DNA of 64,000 bases from Robiginitomaculum sp. (GTDB lineage: Bacteria; Pseudomonadota; Alphaproteobacteria; Caulobacterales; Maricaulaceae): positions 16,506 through 80,505 of the forward strand of contig NVWK01000012.1 in NCBI GenBank assembly GCA_002733605.1, in the 5' to 3' direction. Positions 52,546 to 60,472 of this stretch are shown in pieces. The notes beneath the pieces are model-generated. The model saw nothing but the letters and a program-made list of their open reading frames with translations, was not told where the DNA came from and ran no database searches. The position numbers were made by a program, and so were the translations under genes. Position 1 is the first letter of the stretch. Each line of letters begins with the position of its first letter.

Positions 52546-52899
52546 TTACAGTGCGCTTTTTGAACCGTGACCATTTGGTGTGACAATGAACTCACAGCTG
52601 CCTTTAGGGGCATATGTCCATGCATCGCCTTGGAAATCAGACGTCGACGTGCCTTGGCAACTTGTGCCAGCGCCAGCTTTGCAGTCATTTTCTCCGGTCA
52701 GGGCAATGCCGTAACACTTATCTTTACGGCCTTTAAGTTTGCCACCCTCAACCCAGCTATTAAATGCAGTTTGCACGTTTTCCGGTGCAGCAGCAGTAAT
52801 AGAGAGCTGTGAATTTGGTTTCGCCATTGCAACGCTCACAGAGGCAGCAAGGATGGCGCCAATAGCGAGAGTTTTGGCAATTGTTTGAGGTGCGGACAT
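52546..52899 (-). CDS. bufA: DUF2282-type secreted Cys-containing peptide (bufferin BufA1-like RiPP precursor)
   Basis: Sec signal peptide (...[10 protein letters not shown]), then the core [45 protein letters not shown] with four Cys in DUF2282 spacing. It lies 15 nt upstream of the DUF692 gene. Confidence 0.85.
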   Translation of the reverse strand: MSAPQTIAKTLAIGAILAASVSVAMAKPNSQLSITAAAPENVQTAFNSWVEGGKLKGRKDKCYGIALTGENDCKAGAGTSCQGTSTSDFQGDAWTYAPKGSCEFIVTPNGHGSKSAL

Positions 52900-53105
52900 A
52901 GTATGTCTCCTTTATTTCACATCTAATTCAAATGAGGCGAACATTCGTCTCAGCTTAGCTATAGCTCTTTATTCAGTCAAGGAATCTGACATTATGCTCT
53001 CATTACGTAACTTGATTGTGATGTGTGCGTGCAGTGTCTTTGCCGGTTTTGGTATTGGGTCTCACAAATAAACTGATCCGAATGCAGAGTGACAAGGTGA
53101 AAAAC

Positions 53106-53564
53106 TCAGTCTGTCACATCAAATACCGACGCACTACAGGTACACGACGCGATTATTTTTCCGGTTTCGATATCTATCAGTTTTGCCTGAGCATGGCCAA
53201 GATTGGTTCCCAGATACACCATTTCCCCTTCTGCACGGCATTTTTTGTTTGGCACGAGCGGACGCATCAATTTGGCTTCAAAGGTTGCGGTGACGCAAAT
53301 TTTCCCCTGCGGCAATGCGCTTACAATCGAAAGCACAGAGGCCGCGTCCAATATCCCCATCGCCCAGCCGCCCTGTACCACCGAGCGCGGATTTAGATGG
53401 GCTTTCAATGGCGTGCCTTCATATGTGCATTTGCCCATTTGCGCCTGTACCAATTCAATGTTCAGGGTTTGCGCCATAGCGTCATAGAGCGGATATTGCC
53501 CGCTCAGCATATCTTGAAGGTTTTTCAGCCCGTTGTTCTCGGACCATTTTCTTATTGTACGCAT
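53106..53564 (-). CDS. PaaI-family hot-dog thioesterase
   Basis: 152 aa. The LNPRSVVQGGWAMGILDAA pattern is typical of PaaI/uncharacterized-domain-1 thioesterases. Confidence 0.72.
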   Translation of the reverse strand: MRTIRKWSENNGLKNLQDMLSGQYPLYDAMAQTLNIELVQAQMGKCTYEGTPLKAHLNPRSVVQGGWAMGILDAASVLSIVSALPQGKICVTATFEAKLMRPLVPNKKCRAEGEMVYLGTNLGHAQAKLIDIETGKIIASCTCSASVFDVTD

Positions 53565-53681
53565 AACACCCTGATTATTTTTATTTGGATGTTTAATGAA
53601 ACGAAACGGGGTTAGCGACTACCCCAAATCATCTATGGCCCACATAGTATTTAGAGCGTGCCCCATTTGGATGAGAAAGCT

Positions 53682-53921
53682 TTAATCCTGTTCAGGATCA
53701 TAGCCACCCGAGATGACTTCACTTTTGGCAGCGTCCATCACGGCGTTTTCCAAAGCTTCATCATCGGCAACCACACCGTCTTTCAGCTTTTCTTTCACGA
53801 CCATGAAAGGAGAAGAGGCCGGTTTTTTGCCAGCAAAAGCTTGTGCGGTGAATGTGTTTCTATCCCACTCGCCTTTGAGCGTATAATTTTTACCATCATG
53901 GCCAAATTTTGAAGTCTTCAT
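53682..53921 (-). CDS. hypothetical small protein (79 aa)
   Basis: ORF directly downstream of yebC on the same strand. No family recognised. Confidence 0.4.
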   Translation of the reverse strand: MKTSKFGHDGKNYTLKGEWDRNTFTAQAFAGKKPASSPFMVVKEKLKDGVVADDEALENAVMDAAKSEVISGGYDPEQD

Positions 53922-53932
53922 GAGGGTTCCGC

Positions 53933-54718
53933 CTACTCTTCTTCTGCGGCAGCGGCTACGGCGGCCATGGCCGCATCGGAAAGTTCCAGATTGTGATAAA
54001 CAGTTTGCACATCATCCAGATCTTCGAGCGCGTCCACAAGGTTGAGGATCGTGTTGGCTTTGTCAGGGGCATCGATCGGGGTTTGGGCTTTCCAGATCAT
54101 ATTGACGCCTTTTGGCTCTTGTCCCAATTGCTTTTCAAGCGCGCCCGCGACAACGGCAAGCTGGTCACGTTCGGTGTAGAATGTGTGCTCCGGGCTTTCG
54201 TCAGGATCATCACTAGGCTCGTCAGAAACCACATCATCTGCACCCACTTCCATGGCCGCTTCCATCATGGCGTCTTCATCACCGACGGCGAGAGGATATG
54301 TGATCTCGCCGACTTGATCGAACATAAAGGACACGGAACCGGTTTCGCCGAGATTGCCACCACTTTTAGAAAATGCGGTGCGCACTTCCATGGCGGCGCG
54401 GTTTTTATTATCCGTAGAGACCTCGACAATAATGCCAATGCCAGCCGGGCCAAAACCCTCATAGCGCATTTCGTCATAATCGGCACCATCACCTTTAAAG
54501 CCTTTATCAATCGCCCGTTTGATATTGTCTTTGGGCATGGACTGGCCCTTGGCATTGTTAATCGCCAAGCGCAGGCGCGGGTTCATGTCCGGGTCGGGAC
54601 TGCCCATTTTGGCGGCAATGGTGATATCTTTCGAGAGCTTTGAAAACAGTTTCGAACGCAATTTGTCCTGACGGCCTTTGCGGTGCTGGATATTAGCCCA
54701 TTTTGAATGTCCGGCCAT
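53933..54718 (-). CDS. yebC: YebC/PmpR-family transcriptional/translational regulator
   Basis: [15 protein letters not shown]... signature. ATG at 54718. Confidence 0.93.
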   Translation of the reverse strand: MAGHSKWANIQHRKGRQDKLRSKLFSKLSKDITIAAKMGSPDPDMNPRLRLAINNAKGQSMPKDNIKRAIDKGFKGDGADYDEMRYEGFGPAGIGIIVEVSTDNKNRAAMEVRTAFSKSGGNLGETGSVSFMFDQVGEITYPLAVGDEDAMMEAAMEVGADDVVSDEPSDDPDESPEHTFYTERDQLAVVAGALEKQLGQEPKGVNMIWKAQTPIDAPDKANTILNLVDALEDLDDVQTVYHNLELSDAAMAAVAAAAEEE

Positions 54719-54783
54719 GAAGCCCTCCATGATATTATTATGATTTAAAGCGTGTGTAGCGCAGGATATGCGCCGCTTCAAGA

Positions 54784-55599
54784 CTACATTGTAGGTATTG
54801 TTTCGCGCAGATGCGGGCCTATGCGGATCGGCTCGACGCGCACGGCCAAGCCTGTCTTGTTATCGGTCTCGACAAACACACCGCAAACTGTGGCCTCACC
54901 AGTACCCACTGTAAACCGGCTCGAGCGCAAACGGGTGGTAAAGCGTTTGATCGGTTCTTCTTTGTCCATGCCGATAACACCCGAATAATCGCCGCACATG
55001 CCTGCATCGGTCTGATAGGCCGTACCGTTGGGCAATATGCGGGTATCGGCAGTGGGGACATGTTGATGGGTGCCAACCACAAGGCTGGCCCGCCCGTCAC
55101 AGACATGGCCCATCGCGTTTTTCTCGGATGTGGCCTCGGCGTGCACATCGATCAGCACCGCGTCCGCGACCATGCCGAGCGGGCAAGCGTCCAACTCCTG
55201 CTGCACCGCAACAAATGGATCGTCGAGCGCGTCCATAAAGACGCGGCCCAACACATTGACCACCAGCAAGCGGTAGCCATTTATCTCGTAGAGATTGGCG
55301 CCTTTGCCGGGAGCCATGCCTTTGGGATAATTGACGGGACGGAGCAAACGGGGTTCGCGCTCTATATATGTTAGGGCGCCTGCATTATCAAAACTGTGAT
55401 TGCCAAGGGTGATAACATCTGCGCCAGCCTCGTATAACTCACCCGCTGTTTTCTCGCTGATCCCGAAGCCGCCACAGGCATTTTCGCCGTTGACGACCAC
55501 CGCATCGAGCCGCAAATCTTCGCGTAAACGCGGCAGGTGTTTTTGTATGGCTCTACGACCACACCGCCCCACGACATCTCCAAAAAATGCTAGGCGCAT
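54784..55599 (-). CDS. YmdB-family metallophosphoesterase (2',3'-cyclic-nucleotide phosphodiesterase-like)
   Basis: [15 protein letters not shown]..., [26 protein letters not shown] motifs. Confidence 0.85.
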   Translation of the reverse strand: MRLAFFGDVVGRCGRRAIQKHLPRLREDLRLDAVVVNGENACGGFGISEKTAGELYEAGADVITLGNHSFDNAGALTYIEREPRLLRPVNYPKGMAPGKGANLYEINGYRLLVVNVLGRVFMDALDDPFVAVQQELDACPLGMVADAVLIDVHAEATSEKNAMGHVCDGRASLVVGTHQHVPTADTRILPNGTAYQTDAGMCGDYSGVIGMDKEEPIKRFTTRLRSSRFTVGTGEATVCGVFVETDNKTGLAVRVEPIRIGPHLRETIPTM

Positions 55600-56177
55600 C
55601 TAAAATCCTTAAATCCTGCTTCGGTTAGCACACCGTCCAGTCCCTGATCATGGTTCCCGGACGGCAATATTGGCACTTCTTGCCCAGAGTAAGCCAAGGC
55701 GCAAGCAAAGATTGGCTTTTCCCCTGATGTTTTCTGCCGTAATTGCGCCAATGTCCGGTCATAAAACCCGCCGCCATAGCCAAGCCGCACACCAATCCGG
55801 CTATAGGCCAAAAGCGGGATCAGGACGATATCGGGGCTGATAAGAGGGGTTGTTCGTGCAGGTTCCTTGGTTGCGTAGGCGCCTCCGCGCAATTTGTCGC
55901 CGATCTTGTAGCTGCGAAATTCCAGAGGATGATCTTTGCGTTTGATACACGGGAGCGCGAGGGTATGGCCTGCGTCTTCTAGGGCCTGCATAAGCGGGCG
56001 TGGGTCAATTTCGGTTTGAAGGGGGATGTAACCGGCCACGACGCCAGACTTTATGCGCGTTTGCGGCCAGTGCTCGATCAATCCTATCCCTGCGTCCGGG
56101 TTCGTCTGCGCTAGTCCCAAACGTATCATCTTCGCCGCATTGCGGGCGCGGGTTTTTTCTAGGGAATCAAATGTCAT
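55590..56177 (-). CDS. 5-formyltetrahydrofolate cyclo-ligase
   Basis: GYIPLQTEIDP and RLGYGGGFYDRTL motifs. ATG at 56177; the longer track ORF runs into the 6S RNA region. Confidence 0.8.
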   Translation of the reverse strand: MTFDSLEKTRARNAAKMIRLGLAQTNPDAGIGLIEHWPQTRIKSGVVAGYIPLQTEIDPRPLMQALEDAGHTLALPCIKRKDHPLEFRSYKIGDKLRGGAYATKEPARTTPLISPDIVLIPLLAYSRIGVRLGYGGGFYDRTLAQLRQKTSGEKPIFACALAYSGQEVPILPSGNHDQGLDGVLTEAGFKDFRCA

Positions 56178-56289
56178 GACGGGGGTGTAGCCTATTGGGG
56201 GCATGTATGGGAGGAATTTGAAAATATGGGCAGATGGTGTTAAATCTACCTGTACATGCCCCGAACGTTCGCGCCGATATTTTTTTGGG

Positions 56290-56495
56290 CGAAGCCCAAT
56301 TGGCAAAAATAATATCGGCGACCACAAAACCGTGGAGACGGGTGTAACCTCGTGAACCAATAGTTCAGGTGGGCACCGCGTAATAAGACCACGGTCTTAA
56401 CAGAGGCAGCTCCCTAAGGTTTAAGTTAAGGGCTCCAGGATACGTGTCTCTCACATGCTCCGCAGCCGCCGACCCGCATAATATGGGGGTTTGGA
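56290..56495 (-). ncRNA. ssrS: probable 6S RNA (ends approximate)
   Basis: Located between zapA and the 5-FCL gene, the conserved zapA-ssrS-ygfA arrangement. The reverse strand contains CACCUGAACUAUUGGUUCACGAGGUUACACCCGUCUCCACGG, resembling the E. coli 6S 3' central-bubble segment (CACCUUGAACC...GGUUCAAGGGUUACAGCC). It also contains GGAGCAUG...AGCCCUUAA on the 5' side. The distal segments (UCGGCGGCUGCGGAG / CUCCACGG...GGUCGCCGA) can pair. Confidence 0.6.
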
Positions 56496-56526
56496 CGCAA
56501 AACCGCAAGGCATAAAAACCTGTGCT

Positions 56527-56889
56527 TTATCTTTCTCTGAGTTTGGTTGCCAATTTTTCGATCTGCAAAGCGGCAGATGTAAGAGCACTGGCTGCGTTGG
56601 CCTCGGACTCTTTGGCCTCCATGAGCTCGTCTTCGGCCTTGCGGGCAATATCATCGGACAATTCACGCGCCTGGGTTTCGAGGTTTTGTCGCGATTCTTC
56701 CAACTCATCGGTCATGCTGATCCCGGCCATAACAAGAAGACGCAAGTCCCCTATTTGTCCGAACTGGTTGGCCATAACTTTAATCCGCTCATCCAGTTTA
56801 CGGCCAAGAGACTCTAGGCGTTCCTCTTCGCCGTCATCACAGCCAAGTGCATATTTGCGCCCGTTGATTTCAAGACTTACCTTGCCCAT
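56527..56889 (-). CDS. zapA: cell division protein ZapA
   Basis: MGKVSLEINGRKYALGCDDGEEERL... N-terminal domain and a C-terminal coiled-coil. Confidence 0.85.
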   Translation of the reverse strand: MGKVSLEINGRKYALGCDDGEEERLESLGRKLDERIKVMANQFGQIGDLRLLVMAGISMTDELEESRQNLETQARELSDDIARKAEDELMEAKESEANAASALTSAALQIEKLATKLRER

Positions 56890-56891
56890 GA

Positions 56892-57254
56892 CTAGTCATC
56901 TCCTAAGGCGACAAGAACTTGCGAGATAACGCTTTCCAGTTCCTGAGAGGTTTCATCTGCCAATCGGGCCACATCTTCCTCGCGAGCCTTATAACGTTCT
57001 TCACGCGCTTTGGCCTCATCAAGCTCCGTAGCCAATCGGGCACGATCCGCTTCAAAATTTCTGGTGTCCAGAGTTTCCTGCTCACGAATATCTTTTTGGA
57101 ATGTCTCGTGCTCGGCCGCCTCTTTTTCCAGCGCATACACACGAGCCACCAAAGGCTCCAACGCATTTTCAAGCGACTTTAATGCCTGTTGCAAACGGTC
57201 CGCAGCCTCTCGCGTTACCGATGTCTTATTCGAGGATGACTGGGTCATATTCAC
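56892..57254 (-). CDS. DUF4164-like coiled-coil protein (ZapA-linked)
   Basis: 120 aa, entirely heptad-like and charged. Lies 2 nt upstream of zapA, an arrangement common in alphaproteobacteria. Confidence 0.6.
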   Translation of the reverse strand: MNMTQSSSNKTSVTREAADRLQQALKSLENALEPLVARVYALEKEAAEHETFQKDIREQETLDTRNFEADRARLATELDEAKAREERYKAREEDVARLADETSQELESVISQVLVALGDD

Positions 57255-57469
57255 TGCCGAATCTGTTGTTTATTCATGACAATGGCCCAAGAATCGATCT
57301 AGGCCAAGCTATAGTTTGCAAGAAGATAGCGCTCTCATTTCCAAAACACCCCACTTCGACCGTTTTAGAGGCATCCCGCCTATAGATTTTCTAGTTTTAA
57401 AGGCTTATAACGCCCTCGAATTTTGTAGACGAGGCTAGGTTTCATCCTACGCCTCATGTGGAGATTTAC

Positions 57470-58480
57470 ATGGCTTTACGCATTGCGATTAACGGCTTTG
57501 GCCGCATCGGCCGCCTCGTGGTTCGAGCCGTCCTTGAATACGAAATTGATGACGTAGAAATCGTCGCCATCAACTCTCCCGGATCACTAGAAACCCAAGT
57601 CCATCTCTTGCGTTATGATACGGCCCATGGCCGGTTACAAAGCAAGGTCATCTCCGCCCCCGGCATGATGGATTTCGGGACTGGCCCGGTTCGGGTTACC
57701 CATGAACGCGACCCTGCCGATATTGACTGGGGGGCCCTCGACGTCGACGTGGTCATGGAATGCTCCGGCTTCTTTCGCACCAAGGAAAGTGTGCAGGGCC
57801 ATTTACAAGCCGGTGCCAAAAGCGTTCTCATCTCGGCCCCGGCCAAGGGCGTTGACAAGACCATTGTCTACGGTGTGAACCACGAAGATTTAGGCAAGGA
57901 TGATCTGGTGGTTTCGTGTGCTTCGTGCACAACAAATTGTCTGGCTCCCATTGCAAAAGTTCTGGTCAATAGTGTCGGCATCCAACGCGGGTTCATGACC
58001 ACTATCCATTCCTATACGCTAGATCAAAACATTCTGGATAGCTCCCACTCCGATTTATACCGTGCACGCGCCGCCGCGCAAAATATGATCCCGACCTCGA
58101 CAGGTGCGGCCAAAGCTGTCGGTCTGGTATTGCCAGAGCTTGAAGGCAAATTACACGGGTCTGCCGTACGCGTACCGACCCTGAACGTCTCTATGGTCGA
58201 TCTGGCGTTTCAACCCGAAACCGCAACCGATGTCGAAACCATCAACGCTGCGATTAAAGAGGCTGCAGAGGGCCCTCTTAAAGGCGTTCTCAGCTATACA
58301 GAAGAGCCTCTGGTGTCTTCCGATCTCAACCATGATCCACATTCTGCCATTTTTGCGGCCCCATTGACCAAAGTCATGGATAATGAGCTTGTCAAAATCA
58401 TCGCTTGGTATGATAACGAGTGGGGCTTCGCCTGTCGTATGATCGACGTGGCCCGAGAAATGAAAATAGCTCACACATAA
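57470..58480 (+). CDS. gap: type I glyceraldehyde-3-phosphate dehydrogenase
   Basis: INGFGRIGR and SCASCTTNCLAP active site. ATG at 57470. Confidence 0.96.
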   Translation: MALRIAINGFGRIGRLVVRAVLEYEIDDVEIVAINSPGSLETQVHLLRYDTAHGRLQSKVISAPGMMDFGTGPVRVTHERDPADIDWGALDVDVVMECSGFFRTKESVQGHLQAGAKSVLISAPAKGVDKTIVYGVNHEDLGKDDLVVSCASCTTNCLAPIAKVLVNSVGIQRGFMTTIHSYTLDQNILDSSHSDLYRARAAAQNMIPTSTGAAKAVGLVLPELEGKLHGSAVRVPTLNVSMVDLAFQPETATDVETINAAIKEAAEGPLKGVLSYTEEPLVSSDLNHDPHSAIFAAPLTKVMDNELVKIIAWYDNEWGFACRMIDVAREMKIAHT

Positions 58481-58491
58481 AAGAGATACAC

Positions 58492-59715
58492 ATGGTCGAT
58501 TTCCGCAGACTTGAAGATGTAAATGTTTCAGGCAAGCGCGTTCTGGTGCGCGTTGATTTTAATGTCCCCTGCGACGACACTGGCAAAATTACCGACGATA
58601 CGCGCCTTCGGGCCGCTCTGCCTACACTTGCATATTTACGAGACAAGGGTGCTAAAATTATCCTGCTCAGCCATTATGGCCGCCCAGACGGTGTGTATGA
58701 TGCAGGTGCATCGTTAGAAAAACTGGTGCCAAGCCTGTCAGACTTGATCGGGATACAGGTTCATTTCGCCTCTGACTGTATCGGCCCAAAGGCACAGAGC
58801 GCCGTTGATGCTTTGCAGGCAGGCGATGTGCTTTTGTTGGAAAACACCCGTTTTCATATGGGCGAAGCCAAAACAGCCGACGGGCAAAAAGGCTATGACC
58901 CCGCATTTGCCAAAGCCATGGCCGATCTCGCTGAAATCTTCGTTCATGATGCATTTTCCGTTTGCCATCGCGCACAAGCCTCGACCAGCGGTATTGGGGA
59001 CATCCTCACTGCCTATGCAGGGCTGGCGCTGGAGCGTGAGTTGGATCATATCAGTCAGGCTCTTGATATCCCCAAAAAACCTGTCATGGGGCTGGTAGGC
59101 GGCGCGAAAGTGTCTTCCAAAATAGATTTATTGAAAAACCTGGTCGGCAGACTTGACTGTCTTGCCATTGGCGGGGGCATGGCCAATACGTTTCTGGCTG
59201 CACTGGGCCATAATGTTGGCAACTCCCTCTGCGAGCATGATTTACGCGAGACCGCTCTGGAAATTCTGGAAAATGCCAAGCTGGAAAATTGTGAAATTCT
59301 GCTACCAGTTGACGTGATCGCCGCGACAGGGTTTGCGGCCCATGCGCCGCACAGGGTGTGTGGTCTTGATGATGTAAAATCCGATGAAATGATTTTGGAT
59401 GCGGGCCCTGATACGGTGACCAATATTCTCGATGCCATGGATCGTTGCCGAACCCTGATCTGGAATGGCCCGCTCGGGGCGTTCGAACTGCCCCCCTTTG
59501 ACACGGCCACGGTGGAAGCCGCCAAATACGCGGCCAAACGGGTTAAAAACAACGGATTGATCGCTGTTGCAGGTGGTGGAGACACGGTGGCGGCGCTTAA
59601 ACACGCTGGAGCTGCGGATGGTTTCACCTTTATCTCGACAGCTGGCGGCGCCTTTTTGGAATGGATGGAGGGTAAAGCTTTGCCGGGCATTGAAATGTTG
59701 AAGAAAGAGCTTTAA
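58492..59715 (+). CDS. pgk: phosphoglycerate kinase
   Basis: VLVRVDFNVP, SHYGRP, NGPLGAFE and GGGDT motifs. ATG at 58492. Confidence 0.96.
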   Translation: MVDFRRLEDVNVSGKRVLVRVDFNVPCDDTGKITDDTRLRAALPTLAYLRDKGAKIILLSHYGRPDGVYDAGASLEKLVPSLSDLIGIQVHFASDCIGPKAQSAVDALQAGDVLLLENTRFHMGEAKTADGQKGYDPAFAKAMADLAEIFVHDAFSVCHRAQASTSGIGDILTAYAGLALERELDHISQALDIPKKPVMGLVGGAKVSSKIDLLKNLVGRLDCLAIGGGMANTFLAALGHNVGNSLCEHDLRETALEILENAKLENCEILLPVDVIAATGFAAHAPHRVCGLDDVKSDEMILDAGPDTVTNILDAMDRCRTLIWNGPLGAFELPPFDTATVEAAKYAAKRVKNNGLIAVAGGGDTVAALKHAGAADGFTFISTAGGAFLEWMEGKALPGIEMLKKEL

Positions 59716-59783
59716 AGCAAGTCCGTATTATTAGACGACCCTAAAGACTTCAAATTTTCAAGATCACGCTCAAGGAGAAAAAC

Positions 59784-60368
59784 ATGCGTAAATTTTTAAC
59801 ACTGGCGGTACTTTTGCCGGCACTCGCCCTTTCGGCTTGTAGCGACACACCGGAAGAAAAAGCAGCAAAAGAAGCGGATGCACTGGTTGCTCAAACGGCA
59901 GCAGATGCAGCATTGCGGGTGTGCGCCCCTCAAAAAGTACTCACTGATATTTCCAGCTATTCAAACGATGTTGCAGATACCTCACTGAACCAAACTGAGT
60001 GGTTTGAGGCCAATGGCAAACGCGAGGGCGTTGTTACAACCGCGTCAGGGCTACAATATTCAGTCAATAAAAGTGGCAATGCGGAAGGCCCGACCCCGGT
60101 TCCGACACAAACTGTGCGGGTGCATTATCATGGCCAGTTCTTGGGCGGAGAGAAATTCGATAGCTCTTATGACCGGGGCGAAGATATTGATTTTCCACTT
60201 AACGGTGTGATCAAAGGCTGGACAGAAGGCGTTGGCCTTATGCGTCCTTGTGATGCGTGGACGTTTTATATCCCGTCCGATCTTGCCTATGGGCCAAGTG
60301 GTCGCGGTTCTATTCCGCCAGCGACCCCTTTGATGTTTCATGTTCAACTGATTGAAATCACTGACTAA
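59784..60368 (+). CDS. FKBP-type peptidyl-prolyl cis-trans isomerase, lipoprotein
   Basis: Lipobox ALSAC. FKBP domain (VRVHYHGQFLGGEKFDSSYDRGEDIDFPLNGVIKGWTEG...YGPSGRGSIPPATPLMFHVQLIEI). Confidence 0.88.
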   Translation: MRKFLTLAVLLPALALSACSDTPEEKAAKEADALVAQTAADAALRVCAPQKVLTDISSYSNDVADTSLNQTEWFEANGKREGVVTTASGLQYSVNKSGNAEGPTPVPTQTVRVHYHGQFLGGEKFDSSYDRGEDIDFPLNGVIKGWTEGVGLMRPCDAWTFYIPSDLAYGPSGRGSIPPATPLMFHVQLIEITD

Positions 60369-60381
60369 TACGCAAATAAAT

Positions 60382-60408
60382 GAGGGCGTCATGATATGTG
60401 ACGCCCTC
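60382..60408. terminator. perfect 10-bp hairpin between convergent genes (terminator-like)
   Basis: GAGGGCGTCA-TGATATG-TGACGCCCTC. On the minus strand it is followed by ATTTATTT. No T tract follows on the plus strand. Confidence 0.5.
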
Positions 60409-60472
60409 AAAATATGCGGCCTTCTCGAAACATGTGGGCCTCGAAGCATGTGGAAAGCGCCGAATTTTATCC

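Noticed and set aside
53025-53396. 123-aa plus-strand ORF opposite the PaaI thioesterase gene.
   Set aside because: It is antisense to a gene with a recognisable hot-dog thioesterase pattern. Its composition is low-complexity and Arg/Cys-rich, typical of an out-of-frame translation.
56451-56817. ORFs 56451-56708 (-) and 56491-56817 (+), and the N-terminal 61 codons of the 55590-56360 ORF.
   Set aside because: They overlap the probable 6S RNA and zapA. The 5-FCL family signature begins after the internal ATG at 56177.
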